The notes under the pieces: model-generated
What the model was told of the DNA's origin: nothing
The model's database searches: none
What the model saw: only the letters and a program-made list of their open reading frames with translations
Origin: a virus
Lineage: Duplodnaviria; Caudoviricetes
Length of the DNA: 37,138 nt
Direction: 5' to 3' (one strand)
IMG/VR virus record: IMGVR_UViG_3300035703_000222
Span: 1 to 37,138 of that record
Made by a program: the position numbers and the translations under genes
In this document: positions 30,909 to 37,138 of the stretch, one piece after another
Layout of the letters: each line of letters begins with the position of its first letter
Numbering within the stretch: position 1 is the stretch's first letter

Positions 30909-31112
30909 TTATCTGCCTTCGAGTGAAAGCAGCTTGATCAAGTCAGAGAGTGCTTGGCAGTAGCCTTGCAGCTTGTGAACCTGAAGAGACGCCGTAGCGT
31001 CCTCCAGCTCCGCTCGCTTTTCCTCTCTGTACTTAGTCAATAGTTCCGCGAGCCGTTGCACGTCTGAGTCCCGTCTCAGACGCTCTGCGAGATCTCGCGG
31101 GAATTGATTCAT
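30909..31112 (-). CDS. Small head-assembly protein (67 aa)
   Basis: Helical, ..HKLQGYCQALSDLIKLL; typical gene between portal and scaffold. Confidence 0.75.
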   Translation of the reverse strand: MNQFPRDLAERLRRDSDVQRLAELLTKYREEKRAELEDATASLQVHKLQGYCQALSDLIKLLSLEGR

Positions 31113-31417
31113 TACTTCTTGAACGAGCCGCGCTGCCAGCTCATCTTGTCGTGATGCTTCGGCATCTCGCCGACCATCCCGCCATTTGCCATCGGCATGC
31201 CGACTGGCTTCTTGCGGCGAAGACCTGTCATCTCTGCGGTCTCATCGTCCATCTCAAATCCCATCATGCCGCTATCGGCGGAATCTGAGTTACGACTCAT
31301 CAGGATGTCTTTCATCATCTGACGGTCTTCGTCGCGCTCTTTCTTCGTGTCCTTGTAACGCTTGCCAGCGAGGTAGCCCTCGCCCATTCCTGTGGCGAAC
31401 GATGCCCACTTGCTCAT
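31112..31417 (-). CDS. Hypothetical virion protein (101 aa)
   Basis: Coupled to the portal (ATGA) and the next gene (TAATG); Met/Gly/Lys-rich; MANGGMV motif. Confidence 0.75.
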   Translation of the reverse strand: MSKWASFATGMGEGYLAGKRYKDTKKERDEDRQMMKDILMSRNSDSADSGMMGFEMDDETAEMTGLRRKKPVGMPMANGGMVGEMPKHHDKMSWQRGSFKK

Positions 31418-33348
31418 TGCATGACTCCTTGCGGTTGTGGCTGCTGCATCATGGCTTGCTCGGCGGCTGCAGCCTCCGCCTCCTGTCGCGCCTTCTCAGC
31501 AGCGAGGATCTCCTCGGGCTTCGGCACGATCTTGTCGACATCAATGTTTAGACCATTCGCCGCCTGACGCAGAAGCTCCGCGCGACCCGCTGGTCCTATG
31601 ATCTGCAGGTCAAATGGATTCGCCGTCATCTGCATGAACTCATTGCGGCGAGCCATCATCGTTTCTTTGAGCAGCGTGCCGACCACGCCAGACGCCACGA
31701 TTTGCATGTCACCCTTAATGGAGACATCGTCGTCGTAGATCATCAGGTGATCGTAGAGGCGAGTCAGCATTTCGCTCATAGCTTTGTCGAGCGAAAGGAT
31801 CGCCTGCTTGATGCCCTTGGCGGCGTTCTCCATTAGCATCGAGAGACCGGATGCCGTGCGTCCTGCGCCCGATACCGAGGTTGAGCCGTAGACGTAATTG
31901 GGAACACCCGTCACTTCGTCCGCCACGCGCTGGAAGTACTGCATGACGTTCATCAAAGTTTCGGCGTTCATATTCGGCTGGAAGAACCGCACAGCCGGCT
32001 GACCGCCACCGGTGCGATCAGAGGTCGTCTGCCAGATCTTCCACGGATACATTTGCGTCAGGTTCTCGCCGTCCGGCAAGCGATCAATGCTCACCTCGAC
32101 CTGCGGACCCGACGCGATACCCATGTTGTTCGAGAGTGCGCGCGCTGCGCCGTTGCAGATCACCTGCACGTCACGCATGACTTCCGGTAACGCCACGCCC
32201 CAGAACGCGCCCGGGATCGCTTCCCAGCTCGCCTTTGAGTACGGACGGCGACCGAGCGGGTCGGAGTTCTTGATCGCTTTGATGACGTGCGAGCCAACCT
32301 TCCAGCAGTTGACCTCGTACTCACCCTCGGGTTCGACGTCTTTCGTGAGCCCCCATTCGATCAGCATTGAGCCTGAGACAGAACCCCAGAACTCGATCGA
32401 GTCAATGATCTCCGTTCCGACGAGCGTGTGGTTGCGACCTTCGAGCAAGTTGCGCTCGCTGTCGCTCTGCTCCATGAACTGCATTCCACTGCGACCGTAC
32501 TGTTCGAGCGCCGCCTTGATGGCGTCGTCGTTGTAGCCCGGTGTTCCGAGGAGTCCAGAGAGATCCGCGCGCGTCAGCTGATGGCGCTGAATGATGTATC
32601 CGTCCTGACAGTTGACCGCGTTAGGAGACGGGAAGATGTCATACGGCGACACGCGCTCAAAGGACTCTGCGATATCTTCGAAGACCTCTGGCTTGAAGTT
32701 GCGTCCCCACTTTAGGGCGCGCTTCTTCTTCACGACAGGACCCTTGAGGATCGCCGCCGGGAACGTCACGAAGTCATAGATCAGCTCAGCCTGCGTATCA
32801 GACCAGCCCGCTTCAACGAGCTTGTCCTGCATACGGCGCTCCATCTTCGACGATGCATCCTTCGCCTTGTCGTTGATGGCTTTCGTGACAGCCTCGTACA
32901 GCTCCTTCATGCGCGCATCGATGGCGCGCGGGTCGATCGCCATGCCCTGCTGTTGAACAGCATCGGCTTCCATGACCACGGTCTCGATCACGCCCTCACG
33001 CATTTCGTTGGGTAGTGAAGGCTCGACAGTGGGAGACAATGACCACGTCTGCTGCCCGGTGGACAGCATGACGTCTTTGATCCAGCTCTCAGCTGCACGG
33101 CACTTGATGTCCGTGAGCATCATGTAAATGTCCGCGCCGCCCGTCTGTCGAATCTGGGCAAGCTTGTCCGGGTCGTACTCGCCACGACGCTGGCGCTCAC
33201 ACTTCAGCAGGCGCTCAGTGATATCCGCCTTGGCGGATTTCGCCTCCTGATAGCACTTGTCGATGTACGCAGCCAAAGACAATACGGCAGTCTCTGGGAC
33301 CTCCGTCTTGTCGATATCCCGGCGTAGTCTTTGCGATTGAAGTGCCAT
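31414..33348 (-). CDS. Portal protein (644 aa)
   Basis: Follows terL; size; RVSPYDIFP, PGAFWG..LPE, ADEVTGVP..GAGRTASGLSMLM; Gln-rich tail. Confidence 0.9.
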   Translation of the reverse strand: MALQSQRLRRDIDKTEVPETAVLSLAAYIDKCYQEAKSAKADITERLLKCERQRRGEYDPDKLAQIRQTGGADIYMMLTDIKCRAAESWIKDVMLSTGQQTWSLSPTVEPSLPNEMREGVIETVVMEADAVQQQGMAIDPRAIDARMKELYEAVTKAINDKAKDASSKMERRMQDKLVEAGWSDTQAELIYDFVTFPAAILKGPVVKKKRALKWGRNFKPEVFEDIAESFERVSPYDIFPSPNAVNCQDGYIIQRHQLTRADLSGLLGTPGYNDDAIKAALEQYGRSGMQFMEQSDSERNLLEGRNHTLVGTEIIDSIEFWGSVSGSMLIEWGLTKDVEPEGEYEVNCWKVGSHVIKAIKNSDPLGRRPYSKASWEAIPGAFWGVALPEVMRDVQVICNGAARALSNNMGIASGPQVEVSIDRLPDGENLTQMYPWKIWQTTSDRTGGGQPAVRFFQPNMNAETLMNVMQYFQRVADEVTGVPNYVYGSTSVSGAGRTASGLSMLMENAAKGIKQAILSLDKAMSEMLTRLYDHLMIYDDDVSIKGDMQIVASGVVGTLLKETMMARRNEFMQMTANPFDLQIIGPAGRAELLRQAANGLNIDVDKIVPKPEEILAAEKARQEAEAAAAEQAMMQQPQPQGVMQ

Positions 33349-33354
33349 GTGTGC

Positions 33355-34800
33355 TTAGACCCAGCCTGCAGCGGCGGGCGCTTGTCTCACCGTTTTGGCT
33401 CTGACTGGATTCATCTCAGACCTCATGTGTAAGCATCCGTACTGCAATGCGTCATGGATGTGACTGAACTTGTCCTTCACCGGTCGATCTTTGAATCGCG
33501 CAGTGCCGGACACCCTTAACCGCTCGTAGCGGTATCCCCCGTTGAATCCCTTCCGCAGCATCTTGCAGCTAGGGTCGAGCAGGAATCCCGGCTCGCCACC
33601 TGACAAACGCTGAAGGAAGTACGCCACTGACTCACGGCGAGCGATGAACTCGTTCGTCGGAGCGGGCTCACACAGCAGACCTAATTCCATGAGCTCCTGC
33701 ATGCAGGTCTTCTCGTCGGTCTGGCTGCGAATGTTGCCGGCAGGGTCGCCCACTGCCTCAACACGATATTTGCTGTACTCGCCGCGGATTACCGGGCGCA
33801 CTACCTCGGAGTAGAACTGGCGTATGCCCATATCCTCCGAGACGAGTTCTTTGAGAATCATCAGCTGACCGCGGCTATTCATCTGCAAGAATGCGCACGC
33901 TGGCGTGAGACCGAAGTCGAACGCGAGGAGGATGGGCATTCCAGATACCGGGTTCAGCGACTTCTCGCTGAAGTGAATCTTGTCGTTGTACTCCGGGTAG
34001 ACGGGCTTGCCGTCCATCGTCGTACCGTAATCGCCGAGCAGGAATACTTTGATCCAGTCGTCGGTCTTGCCGGCGAGCTGGTTCAGGTAGTACTGATAAC
34101 CGAGCGAGTGGTTCGCAATGTTCTCGGCGTCTGGGTTCGGCAGGTACTGACCAAAAGTCTCAGACTTCGGATCGTTGTCCCGCATCAAGCCACCGGGCTG
34201 CTTGAAGAACTTAAAGATCTCAGGGCGATCTTCTTCGGCGAGCTTGTACCACCAGCTGTCGTCGTCCGGTGGGTTCGTGTCCATGATGACACCAGTCCAG
34301 CTCGGGCCACCGTTGCGCTTCGAAGGGAAGCGTCCGACACGCTGCGTGAGCATGTCGAGTACCGCCTTATCCATCTCAGACGCTTCGTTCATCCAGCCGC
34401 CAGTGAGTTCCAGCGACCTCAGCTTGCCGACATCTTCAGGGCGATCGAGCGCCATAAAGATTGCTTCAAGCTCAAGTCCCGTCCCGTCACCGATGTCGGC
34501 GATGTTGATATGCGACGTGATGGGCGTATCCCACTTCATCGTCGCGAGATCCTGATACCAGTCCATCCACGTCTTGATCGTGGTCGACTTCAATTCAGGA
34601 TACGTGTTACGGCAGATCGCCCAGCGTGAGCGGCGAATCCCATCAGGACTCGGAGCCTGCTCTAGCGCACGTGAGAGAATCTCAAAGCAACATGCCGTCG
34701 ACTTGCCGGAGCCGACAGGACCCATTAGTCCGCGAACGAACGAGCTGTCTTGATGGAATGCTTCGCTAACTGGTCCCGGCGCGACGTAGTTGATATTCAT
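33355..34800 (-). CDS. terL: Terminase large subunit (481 aa)
   Basis: Walker A GPVGSGKS, RNTYPEL, Walker-B-like WMNEASE, coupling motif DTNPP, nuclease DFGLTPA and SHIHDALQY. Confidence 0.96.
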   Translation of the reverse strand: MNINYVAPGPVSEAFHQDSSFVRGLMGPVGSGKSTACCFEILSRALEQAPSPDGIRRSRWAICRNTYPELKSTTIKTWMDWYQDLATMKWDTPITSHINIADIGDGTGLELEAIFMALDRPEDVGKLRSLELTGGWMNEASEMDKAVLDMLTQRVGRFPSKRNGGPSWTGVIMDTNPPDDDSWWYKLAEEDRPEIFKFFKQPGGLMRDNDPKSETFGQYLPNPDAENIANHSLGYQYYLNQLAGKTDDWIKVFLLGDYGTTMDGKPVYPEYNDKIHFSEKSLNPVSGMPILLAFDFGLTPACAFLQMNSRGQLMILKELVSEDMGIRQFYSEVVRPVIRGEYSKYRVEAVGDPAGNIRSQTDEKTCMQELMELGLLCEPAPTNEFIARRESVAYFLQRLSGGEPGFLLDPSCKMLRKGFNGGYRYERLRVSGTARFKDRPVKDKFSHIHDALQYGCLHMRSEMNPVRAKTVRQAPAAAGWV

Positions 34801-34913
34801 CTGTTACGACTAATCCGATCGAGCTCGCGCTCTACGCGCACTGCGGCAGCCGCTTGCAGAATCCACTCGAACGTATTCACATTCGAGTTCCAGTCAAACA
34901 CCGGCATCCTCAT
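34797..34913 (-). CDS. Small hypothetical protein (38 aa)
   Basis: MRMPVFDWNSNVNTFEWILQAAAAVRVERELDRISRNR; ATGA overlaps at both ends (lysozyme stop and terL start). Confidence 0.6.
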   Translation of the reverse strand: MRMPVFDWNSNVNTFEWILQAAAAVRVERELDRISRNR

Positions 34914-35356
34914 AGGAGCTTCGCTTCGGCGGCGCGTCGGCGCACTAGACCGGGCAACACTCTGCCCCCGCCCCTCGTCCACTTCATCAGCTGCTCCTTC
35001 GCAGCCTCCCAGTCCTCCGCATTCACTTTCCTCCTCAGCGTCGAGGTCTGCAGTCTCCCGAGACCCAGATTGAAGGCAAAGTCCGTGATCGCGGCGAGGC
35101 GGGCGGGATGGGTAATGAGGATCGGACATAGTCGAAGCACCCCGGGAAAGAAGTCTCTCTCTAGTTGAAACATGAGAAGACCCGTCGCCACTTCCCGTGT
35201 GATCGGCGGATCGGTGAGTTGCACCCTACGACCGTCCAGATAGTAGGTAGCGCCGTACCCAATCGTGGGAACACCGGCGCTGCAGAGGTAAGGCTTACTG
35301 CGGAATCCCTCGAAGTGCTTGCACAGCTCCGAGGTAATCGACAAAGCGTCGCCCAT
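34910..35356 (-). CDS. Endolysin, GH24 phage lysozyme (148 aa)
   Basis: FEG.RSKPYLCSAGVPTIGYGAT (E-8x-C-5x-T triad), FAFNLG, LPGLVRRRAAE. Confidence 0.95.
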   Translation of the reverse strand: MGDALSITSELCKHFEGFRSKPYLCSAGVPTIGYGATYYLDGRRVQLTDPPITREVATGLLMFQLERDFFPGVLRLCPILITHPARLAAITDFAFNLGLGRLQTSTLRRKVNAEDWEAAKEQLMKWTRGGGRVLPGLVRRRAAEAKLL

Positions 35357-35853
35357 TACAGCCCACGCTTCGCCAGAGTCCTGTCAAGGAACCAGTAGTT
35401 CAGGGTGCCAGCGACCAGAGCAGCGAAATCCGCGCTCATCATTGTCTTGAACACCTCATCCGGGCTCGCACCACCAGCCCAAGCGTTGTATGCGTACCAG
35501 CAATGGATGAAAGTCCACAGTGCGAGCACCCAGTACGTGACGACGGGGCGCACAGAGGCGCTCAGAGAGGCTACCCAGCCGCTTCCTGCAGCCTTAACCA
35601 TCTCTGTTTGCTGCTCAATCGCCGCATTGAAAGCGGACATGGCGCTCGTATCCACCGCAAGGTCGCGCTGTGCGCCGATCTCCGCCATCTTCTGCGCGCC
35701 ACGCTGCTCTTCGAGCTTGCATTGGCGGTCGAACATGGACAATTCGTGGTTACGCTCGTTCTTCCGGTCGAACGCCTTGAGGAATTCGGGTACCAAACGG
35801 AACACACCGCCCAGAACCGAGCCCAGTACACCACCGCCGAGCAGTTCAACCAT
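35356..35853 (-). CDS. Holin-like membrane protein (3TM-type, 165 aa)
   Basis: W..SLSASVRPVVTYW, hydrophobic helices, YWFLDRTLAKR C-terminus; adjacent to the lysozyme. Confidence 0.72.
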   Translation of the reverse strand: MVELLGGGVLGSVLGGVFRLVPEFLKAFDRKNERNHELSMFDRQCKLEEQRGAQKMAEIGAQRDLAVDTSAMSAFNAAIEQQTEMVKAAGSGWVASLSASVRPVVTYWVLALWTFIHCWYAYNAWAGGASPDEVFKTMMSADFAALVAGTLNYWFLDRTLAKRGL

Positions 35854-35856
35854 GGC

Positions 35857-36240
35857 TTACGCCTTCTTCCGGCGCTTCACACGCTCTTTCGGGGGCTCAG
35901 GCTTCGTCTCTGGCTCTATATCCCCCCTCGCCGCCTTCACAAGGTCGACAATGTCGCGCTCCTTGTGCCGATCGAGGAAGTTCGCCACCGCCCCGAGGAC
36001 GCTGTAGGCGATAAAGCCAATCACGAAACCACTTACCAGCTGCATCTCCCACCCTGTTGGCAGTCTCAGGGCGACCAATAAGGGTCCAGCGAAGATGATC
36101 GCAGCCCCCGTTGAGGTGCCACCACGCGCAAACGCCTCGCCGATGCTGTGTGGGCGGATGTAAGACATGATGCTTGCGCCGCCAACCAGCCCGCCAAGAG
36201 CTGCTGTGAGCTTGTGTGTGATGTAGGAGGTGATTTCCAT
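35857..36240 (-). CDS. Membrane protein, holin/antiholin candidate (127 aa)
   Basis: Three hydrophobic segments and a basic C-terminal tail; ATG at 36240 directly after the upstream stop. Confidence 0.68.
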   Translation of the reverse strand: MEITSYITHKLTAALGGLVGGASIMSYIRPHSIGEAFARGGTSTGAAIIFAGPLLVALRLPTGWEMQLVSGFVIGFIAYSVLGAVANFLDRHKERDIVDLVKAARGDIEPETKPEPPKERVKRRKKA

Positions 36241-36241
36241 C

Positions 36242-36508
36242 TCAGTGAACCTGTGTCGATTCATGGTGAGCCAGCTCAAATGACTGGATAAGCATTCCCG
36301 CAAGCCGTTCAAGGTCGCGGGGCCCGTTCATTTCCCGCATATCAACGTCCACTTCGTACTGGTGGACCTTGCCATGCAAGTTAATGAAGCCATGTACCAG
36401 CACCAGAAACGGTGCCAGCTGTCCCTGCATCTCGCTGCGGTACCCCACCTGCACGCTTTTCAGCGGTTCGAACTGGCGTAAGTACTTCTGTAAGGCGACA
36501 TCGAACAT
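36242..36508 (-). CDS. Hypothetical protein (88 aa)
   Basis: ATG at 36508 with GGAG 6 nt upstream; abuts the next gene. Confidence 0.7.
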   Translation of the reverse strand: MFDVALQKYLRQFEPLKSVQVGYRSEMQGQLAPFLVLVHGFINLHGKVHQYEVDVDMREMNGPRDLERLAGMLIQSFELAHHESTQVH

Positions 36509-36815
36509 GCAAGGCTCCAAAAAAAATTACTGTTGAGTACAACAAGCCCCAGTACCCCCGGGGTACCCGTGGTCCACAGGGGGTCGCACTAGGTGTGAGG
36601 GTGCAAAAAAGCGCGCTCACTGCGTGTGAATGGGTATATATGGGGTACCAAACGGCGCCGGGTCGCGCGCGTGCGGGTCCGCATGGGCGTGCCCGAGCGT
36701 GCGCGCGGTCGATCGCGCCTGTGCGCCGTGCGCGAACAGCTGTCCGCGTGTGCGCGCCCGGTTAGTCAGCGCGCGAACAGGTGGGCTCAACAGGGGCTAA
36801 CAGGCGACCACCGGA

Positions 36816-37138
36816 CTATTTGTCCGCGCGATCCTCTTGCACGATCAGCGAGTTACCGTCGATTGTGTGTCCCACACTGTGGGGAGCACGTGTGATCCCG
36901 ATGTTGAACGTGATGCCTGAGCGCTGCTCGACAGCCTGTTGCTCGCCCCACTTCTGCGGGCGCAGCTTGGCGGCTACCCACTTGCGGGCGTCCATGCGCA
37001 ACCGGGCAGCTTGTATCTGCTCAAGGGTCCCAAACTGGGACTCGTCGGCGATCTCGACAATCTCGTCGGCGAGCGAGTCGGCGCGGTCTTCGTGCGCGCG
37101 TGCGTAGCGCTGCATGAAATCTTTCTGCTCACGCAGCC
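36816..37138 (-). CDS. terS: Terminase small subunit (5'-truncated by window)
   Basis: LREQKDFMQRYARA..DSLADEIVEIAD..IQAARLRMDARKWVAAKLRPQKWG, Sf6-gp1-like motif; frame is open to the right edge. Confidence 0.88.
   Translation of the reverse strand, partial: LREQKDFMQRYARAHEDRADSLADEIVEIADESQFGTLEQIQAARLRMDARKWVAAKLRPQKWGEQQAVEQRSGITFNIGITRAPHSVGHTIDGNSLIVQEDRADK

Larger units (their letters stand above)
436..36743. repeat. Dispersed palindrome ACAGCTGT (consensus RACAGCTGTY), at least 13 copies
   Basis: Exact 8-mer starts found by eye at 436, 4368, 5713, 7129, 7317, 7497, 8193, 11186, 15385, 17565, 26072, 28102 and 36736. Confidence 0.8.

Noticed and set aside
34914-35129. 110-aa ORF inside the lysozyme gene as an embedded spanin
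   Set aside because: No signal peptide or lipobox; only the last 38 codons from the ATG at 34913 are supported.
36530-36545. LexA box-like CTGTTGAGTACAACAA
   Set aside because: Mismatch in the conserved ACAG half; single copy with no lysogeny context in the window.
492-36895. Many plus-strand ORFs up to 287 aa (e.g. 1250..1873, 3962..4825, 4974..5747, 9545..10174, 12834..13505, 33973..34629)
   Set aside because: Antisense shadows of GC3-biased minus-strand genes, with no recognisable motifs.
1-37138. CRISPR array, tRNA/rRNA, DGR, transposase or integrase
   Set aside because: No regularly spaced repeats, cloverleaf, reverse transcriptase or recombinase motifs seen; intergenic space is very limited.

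Overview
The window is the virion-morphogenesis arm of a tailed dsDNA phage with podovirus-like architecture, roughly 60% GC by eye, with every supported gene on the minus strand. Read right to left it holds: a partial terminase small subunit, a lysis cassette (two membrane proteins and a GH24 lysozyme), terminase large subunit, portal, scaffold, major capsid, head-tail adaptors, fibre and adhesin genes (one with an S74 autocleaving chaperone, one with a C-terminal Hint domain), nozzle, a TipJ/DUF1983-type fibre, a GNAT protein and ejection proteins. The ORF track misses the largest gene: an uninterrupted frame from ATG at 8923 running off the left edge (at least 2974 codons), a large polyvalent ejection protein. 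By manual translation it carries an HExxH peptidase, a permuted zeta-toxin-like kinase, an HhH-GPD glycosylase-like domain, a possible SAM-lyase-like domain, a MuF-C-like nuclease and a C-terminal LPD38-like region. The main candidate for a new system is two small genes overprinted in the +1 frame inside this giant gene (5374..5595 and 3292..3504). Each sits directly behind a putative toxic module, with an AAGGAG ribosome site at identical 7-nt spacing and a sigma70-like promoter element; they may be nested immunity/antitoxin genes. A palindrome, RACAGCTGTY, is also strongly over-represented. All domain calls come from motif recognition by eye, not database searches.
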